From Cyanophora paradoxa CCMP329 (Eukaryota > Plantae > Glaucophyta): a stretch of DNA of 64,000 nt. The translations under genes were made by a program, and so were the position numbers. Shown piece after piece: positions 11,087 through 31,710 of this stretch; the first letter of the stretch is position 1, and every line of letters starts with the position of its first letter. The notes under the pieces are model-generated. The model had not been told where the DNA came from. It saw only the letters and a list, made by a program, of their open reading frames with translations, and did no database searches. The stretch spans positions 124,001 to 188,000 of the forward strand of contig QPMI01000507.1 of assembly GCA_004431415.1 (NCBI GenBank), in the 5' to 3' direction.

Positions 11087-12669
11087 TCAGAGAGCGGCGC
11101 TGGAGGCGCGGTTGAGGGCGCTGCGGCCCTCGAAGGCGGGGAGGGCGCCGGTGGGCCGGGAGGTCGCGACGGGGGCCGGGCCAGAGAGGTCGGGCGCGAC
11201 AGTGCCCGGGGCGGCGCCGCTGGCGGTCTGGCTCTCCGGGGCGGGCGCGGGGTTGGCGGCGGCGTGGAGGCGGCGGGAGCGGCGGGCGGCGAGGGCGCGC
11301 TTGCTCCCCTCGAAGGCCCCGAAGAAGAGGCAGGAGTTGGGGATGCCGACGGCGGCGCGCACGCCGACCCCGCGGAGGAGGCCCCGGGGCCCGTCGCTCG
11401 CGAGCACCCGCCGGAACGCCGTCGGCACGTCCGGCGCCGTCTTCGTCATCACTGCACCGCCCCCGGAGCGCCGTAAGCTTCCGAGCGCGCGCAGCGGCGG
11501 CCTGGCCGCGCACCCATCGTCTTGCTCACGTCCAGAGGGTTCGTCACGACGCTCGCGACCGCGCCAGCGATGCCCCCGACCGCGAACTGCTCCAGGGCCC
11601 CCAGCCGCGGCGCGACTGCCGGCGCATCAGCCTCGGCATCCTGCTGCGCTCTCTTTCGCCTTGCGGTCGCCCCCTTGGCCGCAGTCCAGGCGCGCTTCGA
11701 GGAGCGCGCGCGTCAGGGCGGGGCGGGGCGCTGAACGGCGGGCGGGGCCGGGCTGGACGGACCTGCACGGCGCGGTAGACGGGGAGCTCAATGAACGTGA
11801 AAGGCACGTCGCGTGCGATGGTGGGCCTGCCTTAGAGCATCAGCGGACTCGGGGGTGCTGCGGAGCAAGCCGGCGCACAGAATGCCGCGGTAGAAGCCCG
11901 CGAGGCCGTGGTCGCGCGCGATGAGCTTGATCGCCTTTAGAGCGCGAAACTTTAGAGCACGACGGAACGATCGGAGTGGAAGGCGGACCTGCCGCGTGCC
12001 CGAAGGGTAAAGCCCGTGCTGCAGTTGCGATTTGACCACTTCGGTTGGTATGTACACGAAGCAAGCCAGCAGCCCGGCGACAGCGCCGGAAGTCACAGCA
12101 GCGTGCGCATGCCCGAGAGCCGGTGCCAGTCGCGATGACAGGAAGTCGAACGTGGCCAACTTGACCGCCGCCGCCGGTGCCGCACCCGCGATAGCAGAGC
12201 TGCACCCGGCCCAGAGACCGGCTACTCCGCGTTTTTTGACGATGTAACGCGCCGCATGGAAGCCGTTCTTGATCTTCTCGGTGCCGCCCGAGCTCTGGAT
12301 ATGTGTCTGGCCGCGAAAGGGTCAAGTTGAGTTTGAAGCGACCACTTGACCGCAGCCACTCCGCGCTGGTCGTTGGAAAACGATCTATGTGGTGACTCTG
12401 ATCTTTATCGCGCAAATCACCCGGCGCGGGACGGCGCATTTGGCGGCGACGAGAGACACACGTGCGAGTATTGCCCCAAGCGCTCCGACAGAGCGCGGCG
12501 TGCTGACCTTTACAGTGTCAAAAGGGTGCAAGAAGCCGATAGAAACTGCCCCAGCAATCGCGCCGGCGACGAGCAGATCGGTCGGCGAGGTCTGGTCCGG
12601 CCGGTGATTGTGCGCCTCTACCTCCTCTATTGGCACTGCAGATGTTCTCCTCCTCGTCCTGGAACTCAT
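11087..12669 (-). CDS. Mitochondrial carrier family (SLC25) protein, SAM-carrier-like
   Basis: Three Px[DE]xx[KR] repeats (HPFDTVK, IPTEVVKSQLQ, NPLDVSKT), plus GLAGFYRG and ARDVPFTFIELPVY. Substrate is inferred only. Confidence 0.88.
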
Positions 12670-12766
12670 TTCCGCCCCAGCCGCGGTCGCTGCGATCAAT
12701 CGCCGAAGCTATCCGAACTGCGTGTACCCCCGACACCGATCACTTTGCGAATCGCCCAGCGCGACG

Positions 12767-14154
12767 ATGGCCGCGTTCGCCTTGTCGGTCCCTGTTTTGG
12801 GCAGCGCATCGAGTTCGTTTGCCGGCGTGGCCGTCAAGCCGACGGCGCGCACCGCCGCTCGACCGACCCTGCAGCTGGCCCGCGCCGCAGCCCGCGCCGA
12901 GGCGAAGCCCGGGAAGGTTTTCGAGGCGCACTCCGATCGCTCGGTCTCTCGCCGGTCCTTCAACGCGGCGCTGGCGGCGTTCGCGGGCTCCCTGCTGGTC
13001 GCAGCGGAGCCCGCGCTGGCAGGCCCGCCCAAGAAGAAGCAGGTCTTTTCCGTATTGTATTATGCTTGCTGTACCGTACCATATTACCGATCGTCGACAC
13101 CCGCGCATGCGCAGCTCGTTTTCAAGACGACCGAGTCTGGACTGCAGGTGCGCGCCGCTGTGCCGCGTACATTCTGGCCGCGGTTCTTCGTGTTTACGGC
13201 GTCGCGCAGATTGCCGGTGAGACCGACCGTGTACTGGAATCCCTTTAAACCGTCGACGTTAGCTGTCAAGTGTAAAACCCGTCGCGGCCAGCCGCGTCGC
13301 TGCTTGATGCGCATAAGATCTGGAGCGTCGGCTGCGATGGGGTGGGCGCTGACTCGCGAGGAGACGTGCAGGTGGGGTCCGGGATGAGCCCGAACCCGGG
13401 GGACCGCCTCGTCGTCCACTTCACGGCCAAGCTTAGCAACGGCACCACGTTCGCCTCCAGCCGCGACTCGGACTCCCCCGCGTGCGCTCCACTCTCTTAC
13501 AATCCAAGCCGATTCGGTTTCGGAGTCAGTGAACGTCCGATGCAGTTCCGGCACCACCCCGTTCGGCTTCACGCTGGGCGCCAACAGGTCAGCCCCTGCT
13601 CGGCACGGGACTTGTAACCAGGCACGTCTCCTGACGCGGAGCCGGCAGGGTCATCAAGGGCTGGTTCGTGCGGCATCTCGCGCTATCGTTCTCGACTGAC
13701 CCCCGCGGCCCGCTTGCGATGGGATTCTCGACGTACAGGGAGGAGGTGCACTCGCTGCTTTTTCTCCCTATTTCCAGTGCCAGGCGCCAATCCGCCGCGC
13801 CCAGGGCGTCATGGGCATGAAGGTGGGCGGCCGGCGGAAGGTGAGCTACAGCTACGGCTGGCTGGCGCCGCGATCAATATTCCCACCGCCCGCCTCCCGC
13901 CGGCGCCAAGACGCTGACCCGAACGTCAACGCGGCAGCTCATCATCCCCCCCGAGCTCGCGTACGGCGAGCAGGGGAACACGACCCTGCGTGTCCCCCCG
14001 AACGAGACTATCACCTGCGACATCGAGCGTGCGCCCGCCCCGCCTCCCCGCCGCCCCAACGCGGCCAGAGACGAACCCGCGCGCACGGCCAGTGCTCAGC
14101 GTCAAGCGCTCCGGCTCTTCCGGCATCCGTGCGGGGCCGCTCGTGGAGGGCTGA
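12767..14154 (+). CDS. FKBP-type peptidyl-prolyl isomerase, thylakoid-lumen targeted
   Basis: MAAF transit peptide, Tat motif SRRSF, hydrophobic core and PALA cleavage site. Core reads TESGLQ|IA|DVQVGSG...VVHFTAKLSNG...FTLGANR|VIKGW|EE|GVMGMKVGGRRK|LIIPPELAYG. Confidence 0.92.
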
Positions 14155-14712
14155 GCTGCCGGCTTCGCTTGTCTGGAGCTCGGGTCCGGGGCGCGGGGGC
14201 CCGGCCGCGGGCGCCGACCCGATCGCGAGCCCGTACGCGTTCCGCGCGCGCTCGCCGTTTCAGCAACCGATGTGTCATAGCTGTACTGTACCATAGTGTC
14301 AAAATCGATTACGGGGTTCTTTAGGGCCGCTGCGGTCGAGGCCATGCTGGGATCATCGAATCAAATCGATATCCCGAGCGCAACCCGGCGCGCAGTCGAC
14401 CGTCCGACGGTCGGACGTTAATCGAGTTCGCCTATGTTGCGCGCCGGGCCGCAATACGTATTGCATCAGCTATACCTATACCGTATTGCATCAGTATGCA
14501 TACCCTATAGCTATACCGTAGTACGCTATAGCTAGGCGCGCGCCGTGCCAGATCGACACGGCCAGCACTTCCAGTGCTGTCGTACCCCTTGATCGGCAGC
14601 AATTTGCCAGCAAAACTCATTCGCGCACGAGTAGGCGACCGCAGAAGCCACTCAAAGGAGCGATTCGATCAGATAGTTCGCTTCCGGGCCGCGGAGTCGA
14701 CAGAACAGCGCG

Positions 14713-15124
14713 ATGGTGAAGCCGACATCTGTGGAGGAGCCTCTCGATCTCATTCGTCTGAGTATCGACGAAAGGATATATGTGAAGCTGCGCGGCGACC
14801 GCGAGCTCCGCGGGAAGCTCCATGTTCGCTCCCCGCTCAAAACGCGCATCCCGCCTGCTCACGTCGCCTCGCCCGTGCAGGCATACGACCAGCACTTGAA
14901 CATGATCCTGGGCGATGTCGAGGAGACCGTGACTACGGTGGAGATTGACGACGAGACCTACGAGGAGATCATCAAGGTCCGCCGCGCGCTCCAGTGCGTG
15001 CCGCGCGTAGCTGTACGCTTTCTAAGCCTATCCTCGCCCGCAGACATCGAAGCGGAGGATTCCCATGCTCTTCGTCCGTGGCGACGGCGTCATCCTGGTC
15101 TCGCCGCCCCTACGGACAGCTTGA
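14713..15124 (+). CDS. LSM3: U6 snRNA-associated Sm-like protein LSm3
   Basis: [31 protein letters not shown]|[15 protein letters not shown]...EEIIK|[26 protein letters not shown]. Confidence 0.97.
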
Positions 15125-15287
15125 ACGTCGCCCCCAGCTCACATTCTAGGCGCGCGTGTACGAATGATCGGATCTTCGATCGTCCGGACCTGCCGTGCGT
15201 GTGCCGCGGGGCCGCTCGGCGCTCAGCCATCAGCCCCACGCACGCTCGCTCTGCTGGGGGTCTCTTCGCTTAGCTACAGGTCCCTCC

Positions 15288-18273
15288 CTACTGCGCGCAC
15301 ACGTTTCCTCTGGCCGCGCCGTTCGCGCCCTGGGGGGCCGCGCGCTTCCCATCCAGCGGGACGAGGCGGACGCGGACGGGGTCCTTGGGCCTGCAGGCGG
15401 GGCGCGTCGGCGGCGGCGGGGGGCGCTGGATCGAGAGCGCGGGCGGCGGCCGGCCGGCCGGCCGCACCGGTTGACGAAGACGGTAACAATGCCGGGGAGC
15501 TTCCCGGAGGGCTTCCCGTCCTCGGGCTCCACGCGGTAGCGCTGCCGGGCCCGCCGAGTCAGTGCGCGGGGAGAGGCGAGGGGGGCGGCCGTTCGGACCC
15601 GGACGAGGGAGGCGAGCGCGACGCGCATCTCCGCCATCGCGAGGTGCCGCCCAGGGCAGCTCCGCTGGCCCGTGCTGAACGGCATGTACCCCCGGCACTC
15701 CTCGCCGGGGCCCCCTGCCGGCGGGCGGGGTTGGGCGGGGCCGGGGCGGGAAGGAAGGATCGGAGGGGTCGAGGGGACACGCGCGCGCACCCGGGAGGAA
15801 GCGCTCGGGCTTGAACTCCTCGGCGTCGGGGCCCCATAACTTCGGGCTGTAGTGCATGTGCCCGACCGCGACCCAGACCTGGATCCCGGGGGGCAGCCGC
15901 CGCCCTGCCGCGAAGCCGCTGAGCTGGAGGAGCACTGCATGCGGCAGACAGGGTCCGAGCGGGTGGGGAGGGCGCGACCTGCGACGGTGGCGCCGGTGGG
16001 CCCCACCTGTCGGGCGTGGAAGGTCGGCGGGTTGAAGAGCCGCAGCGTCTCCTGCGCGTGCGACGTCAGCCGTGCGCTTCGGGGCCGATTCGGGGCGGGG
16101 CGGGGTGCCTTGAGGAAGGCGGTGATGTAGGGGAGCCTTTCCAGCTCCTCCGGCGCGGGGAAGTCCCCCGCCAGGACCTCCCGCGCCTCCTGCCCGGCCC
16201 TCATGAGCGGGCCGGGCCTGAGGCTAGTTCGGGGGCCGGCACGCCTGGCGGCAGCGGTCCTGGAGGGCGGGGAAGGCGGCGAGGACGGCGCATGCGAAGG
16301 AGAGCGTCGAGGAGCTCGTGTCGTTACCCGCAATGAGGATCTGGGGGGGGGGGGGGGGGGGGGGGGTCGAGCGGCGTCGGATGCGGGATCAGACGGGGGG
16401 AGGAGCCCGGGCCCGGGCTCGGGGGCGCGCACGGACATGGCCTCGTCGATGAGGAGCTCGGCGTCCATCTCGCCGGCCTCCCGCGCGTCCAGCAGCGCCT
16501 CCAGCATGTCCCCGCGCCGCTGCCCCCCCTGCCCCCGCTCCCGCCTCCGCTCCTCCAGCAGCCTGCGCCGCGGTGATTCAGCGTGACGTTCGAAGGAAAG
16601 CGGGCCTGGTGTGGAAGCGCGAGGGCACCGGGAGGCGTAGGCCCGGAGGTAGCGGGCGTTCGCCGCGAAGCGCCGCGCGCGGGGGGTCGGGAGCACCCGC
16701 CAGAGCTTCCCGCCACGCAGATTAGATCACCATCGAACCCAGATCGGATTGGAGGCCAGGGGGGCGGTCACCTGGACGGGCTCCTCGGCGCGGATCTTGA
16801 TCTCCGTCATCGTCTCGTAGAGCCGCTCCGAGAAGTCCGTCCCTGCGGAACGCGCAGGGAGACCAAATCCAAGCGTCAAGCCCCGAATTGGAGCAGTCCG
16901 AGGGCGGGGGCGCACGGCCGGCGAGGGCGCCGACGTCGGCGCCGAAGGCTGCGGAGGAGATGACGTCGAGGGCGAGCTTGGGGAACTCCTCGCGCAGGTC
17001 CACGACCCCCAGGGAGGACCACTTCTCCAGCGCCGCCCCCGTGTGCCGCACCATCGTCTCCTGATAGCCATCCCCGCCCCCCGAGTCAGCAGATGACGAA
17101 AGGTGGGCGGGCGCGGGGGGAGGGGCAGAGGGGCCCGGGGGGGTACACGCACATGCATAGGGGGGATCTTGGCGGGGTGGAAGGCGGGGGAGAGGACCCG
17201 TCGCTCGCGCCTCCACTTCTCCCCCGCGAACGCTGCGCACGGGCCCGAGAGCGTAAGCACTCGAGATCGGCGAGCCTCGGCCGCGGCCGCCGGGCGGCGG
17301 GCGCATGCGCACTGATGATGCCGTAGGCGAAGTTGCGGAAATACTGCCACACTGCGCAGGCGCGGCGGCGGCAGAGGTCGGGGGACGGCGCGGGGCGCGG
17401 CCAGGTCGCGCGGGCGGGCGCGCGGGCCGGGGGCCTAGGGCTGGGCCCAGGGGGCACCGGTCTGCTCGGCGGGGACGAAGTTGTAGATGTCGGAGAGGAC
17501 CTCCCGCGCCACCTCCGGGTCCGCGATCGACACGAACTCCACTGCGCGCCCGGCCCGTCGGCAAGGCCCGAGCGCTAGCGCGACGAGGCCTAGGCCTAGG
17601 AAGTACGAGTGAGATCGAGCGCACTGCTCCCGAGGCGGGCTCGGACGATGCTGTCGCCGTTTTCGTCGTGCAATGAGCGCAAGAACATATGCCAGTCGAG
17701 CTTCAGGAGGCCTGTCGGCGGAGAAACGGGTCAGGGTCAGGCCGGGGCCTCGATGGCCCTCGAACTGGATATCGATCAGGTTTTCCGGGTGTGCGCGTGA
17801 GCACGCCAACTCGAGCGAGAGAGCTCGCTGACCTCCAGAACGCGACCCTAGCAATACCAGCATCTAAACTCAGCTATGCCGCGCGGTGATGGCCCCTGAC
17901 CGGGGCCGCGTACAAAGCTCCGTGACCGCGATGCGCAGCGCGCAGCGCTCCTTAAGATTCGGCGCCGGCGTGGACGCAGCAAGTTGCTTTATTAGCACTT
18001 CGACGCACGCGGAATGGACGTGATTGGCCAAGGGTACTCGCGGACCGACGGGATGCTGTCCAAGTCGCCACGGCCGCGCTTGAGAAGCCAACGAACGCCC
18101 ACGGCGACCGCCGCAGCGGCGAGCGCCGCCTGGGCGATGCGGCTGCGGTCAACGTTGTCCGCCGCGAGCATCTGCGGTAGAGGAGTATTCCGAGGTTCGT
18201 CGTCGGCGCCGACTTGGCGGTCGGACTGGGGTACGTGGCAAGAAGCACTTGAAGCCTCAACATCGCCCGGCAT
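15288..18273 (-). CDS. Cytochrome P450
   Basis: N-terminal anchor AALAAAAVAVGVRWLL, GEKWRRERRVLSPAFH, I-helix AGNDT, ETLRL (ExxR), PERF, and heme motif FSTGQRSCPG. Confidence 0.93.
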
Positions 18274-18330
18274 CCGAAGCCATCATCGAAATCACTGCAA
18301 CGTGCGTTTTGCGGCCCGCCAGCCGTGACG

Positions 18331-20591
18331 ATGGCGGCGGCTTCGCGGGCTCTCGTATTGCTCGTCGTGGCGTGCAGCGTGCTAGCTGCCAGCGCGGCCC
18401 TATCGAAGCACCATGGTCCGCACTGGCAGCCTACCGACGATGAGATGACCCGCATGCAGCGGTAGCCGCCCGTGTCCCGTGCATAGCGCAGCTCGCCCGC
18501 GCTCAACTGACGACTCGCGCAGCTATCTCGTATCGGACGACGCGTGGCTGGCCACTGTCGCACAGGTCGCGGACGCGAACGGCCTGATCTACATCGCGAG
18601 CTACCAGCCGACGAAGCCGTACGACTGGGTTGAGACCTACAAGGTGCGCGCCGTGGCTGCTCGCCCTCGCGCGGCGAGCGGGCGAGCGAGCCGCGGTCGG
18701 TTGGGCGCAGGATCTGCTGCGTAACCTGCTGGCGTCGATGACGCGCGTGGGGATCAACAACTACGTGGTGTTCACGTCCTCGTACGCGCACCACGAGGAG
18801 TTCCTCGGCCGCGGCATCCGCTCCATCCACGAGGCATCCTTCTCCGGCATGACCCAGGCCCGCCCCCCGCCCCCCGCCCCGCCTCTCGCCCGCCCCTTCC
18901 CCGCGCGCCCCGCCGCTCCGCCTCACGCCGGGCCGCGGCGCAGAGCTTCAACACGCAGCTTTACATGAAGTTCCTGTACGCGCTGAACCTCCTCGCGCGG
19001 GGGTACGACGTCGTCGTGTCGGACCTAGACGTCGTCTTCCTGCGGAACCCGTCGCCCATGTTCACGCGCCGCTTCAACTTTGAGCTCCTCAGCGACGCCA
19101 TCAACGAGTCCTCCTGGCGCGACTGGGACATGAACACGGGCTTCTACTACGCCAAGTCCCACCCCGGTATACCCCCCTCGTCTCGCCCCCCCCCCGCACC
19201 TTCGAGCCGGTACCCCCAGAGACGGCGCGGTTCATCGTGGAGATGCTCGCGATGTTCGAGGCCGACATGGCGAACGATTCGCAAGCCATCTGGCGCCTCT
19301 CCGACCAGGCCCGCCGCCGTCCCCGTACCCCCGCGCGGCTCCTTCCCCGTTACCCCTAACCACCCATCCTCAGTACTACTTCAACAAGCTCGCGAGGCGG
19401 GCCAAGCCGATCTACTACGATGGCAAGTTCGGCTGGAACATCACGTTCAACGTCCTCAACATCACCGAGGTGCGGCGCCTGTACCCCCCTTCTCCATTCC
19501 CCCTGTCTTGCACCTGAGCGCGTACCCCCGCAGTTCGCGTCGATGATGCAGTACTGGTACATCCGGTCGCCGCAGCGGGCGGGCGTGACGCCCTACGTCG
19601 TGCACTCCAACTGGGTGCCCCAGCGCGTCAAGATCCACTCCCTCCGCGAGGTCCAGCTCTGGTACCCCCCCCCCCCCGCTCCCCGCAGAGTAGTTGGCCC
19701 GCTCACCGGCCTCTGGCAGGCACATCCCGACGCCGTTCTACTACACGGCGCGGAAGTTCCTGACGTACCAGGGCCCGCTGGACGCCTCGTTCGAGGAGGA
19801 GCTGCAGATGCTGCGCACGGCCCTCGGGCTCGCCTTCTCCATGGGCCGCGCCCTCATCCTCCCCTACTTCAACTGCCGGAACAACCCGCTGCACGCCGCG
19901 GTGGGCCTGGGGGACGAGAAGGGCCGCTGCGTCCCCTCCATCTACCTCGAGATGGAGGCGCTGCTGGACACCTTCGACGTGCGCGAGTCGAGCTTCCTCG
20001 ACAACCCCGCCGTGCCCCCCGAGTTCTGGAGCTCCACGGGCCGCGTCACCCTCTTCCGCCCCGTCACCGACATGGAGATCCGCAAGGACCTCGCCCACCT
20101 CAAGGCGCCCCGCGCCGCCCGTTCCTCGCGCATCGTCGCCGGCGTCGTCTGAGCGCGTGCCCCGCAGGACGTGAAGCTCCTGGAGGTGCAGAACCTCCAG
20201 TTCGGCTTCTCCTACGCCGATTCCTTCGCCCAGGTGCGCGCGGACGCAGATCCCATTCCCCAGATCTGCCGGCCCAGCTGCACCTGATCCCTTCGCCCCG
20301 CCAGGACGCCTTCGAGGAGCGCCTGAAGCGGGCCATCAAGTGCGCTCCGGGCAACTGGTACGCGCCCGCCAGCCGCCCCGCCCTGCCCGCCCGCCCGCAT
20401 CCCACCTCCGACTGTAGCCGTACAGGATCTTCGAGGCGGCGGCCAAGCTGGGCCTGGCCTGGCCATACACGAAGGACTGCGCGCGGGACCCAGACCCGCA
20501 GGCCCGCCCTCCTCCGCCCCTCTCCGGCTCCCATACGGGGCCCTGATTGCCCCGCGTGCCGCCCCGCGCGCAGGTCGGGAAGAGACCCTGA
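18331..20591 (+). CDS. Nucleotide-diphospho-sugar transferase (GT77/PF03407), XEG113-like
   Basis: Signal anchor MAAASRALVLLVVACSVLA; LLARGYDVVVSDLDVVFLRNP (DxD); MNTGFYYAK; SDQ|YYFN; VVHSNW..KIHSLREVQLW; C-terminal ALGLAFSMGRALILPYFNC, as in XEG113-type arabinosyltransferases. Confidence 0.85.
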
Positions 20592-20769
20592 CTGCTCTTC
20601 GCCCCCTCCCCCCCGCCCCCGGCCCGCGGCCGGGGTCGCGACGCGGCCCAGCCCCGCTCGGCCCCGCACCGCACCGCGTCGCTGCCGCGCCGCAGTGACG
20701 CTACTGCAAACTATATTTTAATATTTGTTTCGAGGCTACGTCTATCGTTGCTGTGCGCGGCTGCCGCTG

Positions 20770-22616
20770 CTACCAGACGGGGACACGGGAGGGGACGATG
20801 AGGAGGTGGGAGGGCTCGGGGAGGGCCCCGGGGGCCGGCGTGGCGACAGGCGGCTCGTAGGGCGGGAAGGCGATCGGCGTGGAGACGATGCCGCACTGCG
20901 CCGCGACGTTCGAGTCGTAGATGAAATAGCAAATCGCGGCGGTCGGCCCGGTGTACACGGGCGCCGCCTGGACGGGGTCGAACGCGTACGGAAACTCCGT
21001 CGGGCACTTTGGGCCGCGGAAGAAGGGGCGCGGCGCGAGCCAGGACTCGTGGCTGCGGTTCGCGGGGTTGTAGAAGTAGGAGATGTAGCTCGAGTATTGC
21101 CAGTAGAGGGGCGAGGAGAGGGAGGTGGGGTCGTACAGCACGGGGGCCGCCCCCGAGTTCCCCGCCCCCTTGTACGGTGCCGACTCGGAGGTCGTGCTGG
21201 CCTGGAGCGCCGCCCGCCGCAGGCGCCGCCCCGCGAGGCCGCCCCGCGCCGCCGCCCGCGCCGCCGCCTCCGCGTCGCAGACGATGCGCTCGGAGGTGCG
21301 GTAGACGAGGGCGGCGCGTAGCGCTCGGTCGGTGCAGGCGCCCAGCTGGCCGGCGGCGGCGAGACGCCCTGGCCGCAGGAGGGCCCGCCGGGAGAGCACC
21401 CCCTCCGATACCACGCTGTGGGCCTGCGGGGGAGGCCGCGGGCGTCGGCAGAGCGCAGGGGCGCACGGGGCGACACGCTGGGGCACCTCGCCGCGGAGGG
21501 AGAGGAGGCGGGCGGCGGGGCCGTCGAGGGCGCCCTCGTCGGCCAGGGCGGCGTGCTCGCAGCCCTCGCAGTCGACCTGCGCCGCCCCGGCGCTCGGCGG
21601 GAGAGAAGGGCGCGATGGGACGGGCGGGCGGCGCGGGCCTTCAAGAGGGCGACGGGGAGGGGCCCGTCGGCGCGGCCCAGGCCCAGGTCCCGCCGGATCG
21701 CCTCGTAGAGGGCCGGCAGCGAGAGCGCCGGCACCTCCTCGGCCCCCGCGGCCGCTTCCTCCTCCTCCAGAGCGAGCTCGGGGTTGTGCTCCCCGCTGTA
21801 CAAGCTCGTGTGTAGGCTGCCGGCGCTGCTCGTGGGCCGGCGCGGCGCGGCGCTGCGCAGCTTCGGTGGGCCGCACCTGCTCTCGGGGTCGTAGACGATG
21901 CGGACTGACTGGGACTCGCCTGCCGTGGTCGCGGTGGGGACCAGGGCGGCGAGAAAGGGCGTGACGGAGGAGGACAGGTTGTTGGCCCGGATGTTGTGTT
22001 GCAGGAGGGCGAACGGCGCAGGCGCCATCTCCACGGCGTACACGCGCGCGTGCGGCCACAGGCGCGCCGCCACCATGCTGAAAAGGCCTACCTGCGCACG
22101 CGCATACAGCCGAGTCAGTCGACGTCGGCAAACGGTGGCAAGAGATGTCGGCAGGGCGGCGCAAGTGCACGTGAGCGCCCACGTCGATGATGACGTCGCC
22201 CGGCTGCACGTCCACGCCGAGGATATCATCGTGGTCCGAAGCGATATCGTGGACCATCGCCGCGAGCTGGGCAAGGCTGACGGCCTCCGGCGCCACTCGG
22301 GCGGTCAGGTCGGCGAGAACCGCGCTGATTTCCCCGCTGTAGCCGCGCCGCATCCTTGCGAGCTCTCGGCTCGAGCAGATGCGTCCCATTTTCACGTAAG
22401 GCGTGCCGCGGGGGCTGGCGACACCTGGGAAGCGCTCTGCCCAGACGGTCGGGTCGAGCTCATGGTCCTCCCCGGGCGGGCCGCTCTCCGCTGCGTAGTC
22501 GGGCTTTCAGCGACAAGTGCATGGAGAAGATAGAACTGCTCACCTTCTGACTGGCCAGCGAGCAAGACGAGGGCCAGGAGGAGCGTCCCCGCGCACCTCA
22601 AGGCTCGCCGCGCCAT
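20770..22616 (-). CDS. FkbM-family (Methyltransf_21) SAM-dependent methyltransferase with signal peptide and C-terminal extension
   Basis: MARRALRCAGTLLLALVLLAG; VIIDVGAH|VGLFS; RVYAVE; ALLK|VDCEGCE; followed by an aromatic/Cys/Pro-rich tail. Confidence 0.85.
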
Positions 22617-23096
22617 CGTCTTGTCCGCCGGTGCGGGCGCTGCAATCGCGGTGCGATGCTAGCGTGCGCAGAGAGAACCGGTCGCGTGCGGGAGCTGGCG
22701 CAGACGCTATAGAAGCGCTAGCCATCGCCGAATTCAACCGGCATTCGAATCGAATTCGGTACCGTACCCCTGTCCGCCGCGAACCGAAACTAAGTGCGAC
22801 CTCCAGCAATTCGCAGGGATGCAGAGCGTAGAGCGCATGTGCATCGTAGCGAGCGCCACGGTAGCCAGCCCGCCCCCAACTCGTCCGCCTGCATCTCCGA
22901 GCCCGAGCAGTCCACGCCGAGGCCGCCCTCACGCGAGCCAGCAACCTCTGCAGACGGCATGCGCTCCTCTAGCCACTTGTGACAAAGAGAGTGCGCATCC
23001 TACGGTCTGTTGGCCGCTGCAGCAATCGCGTAGAAGCGCGGCACCCACGGCCAGACGAAGCGTGGAAGGCGAATACACCGGCACCAGCGAACCACC

Positions 23097-31139
<8,043 letters not shown>

Positions 31140-31710
31140 CCCCGCCCCCGGCCCTCCTTGCCCCCCTCTCCTTCGCATGCCTGCATTTCGGTCCCTCCCG
31201 CGCCAGCCTCCTGCACCGATCCTCCTCGATCACGGAGCACACTACGTAGGTTTCAGTATTTGCATCTCTGAATGATGTTTGTGCTTATTTATTTTATACT
31301 TAAGAGTGATACCGAACCCCAACCTCTCATGCGCCCCTGTAAACCACGACCGCGCGCCGGCATCGCCCCGGCAAACCACGATGCCCTGCAGATGTACATG
31401 AAAACCACGATTGCAAACGGCGTCTCGCGCGCGCTCCGCCGCCGAGTCTGTGCTGCCCCCCCCCCCCCCCCGGGCCGGAGCAGTAAGGACAACGCGAGGA
31501 CACAGAAGATGCCAGTATGTCAGTATGTCGTTTTTTTCATTAACAGTTTCGACCCCAGTGTTGAGGCCACCTATGGTACACGTACGCGGGCGCGTACTGC
31601 TGCTAAGGACTGCAAGAAGGAACGGAAGAGCGCCTGAGCCGAGGGTGGAAGCTAGAGCCTCCCTAATGAGACCGCGGCGTGCGCCCTCCCGCTGGTGCCA
31701 GAGAGAAGAT

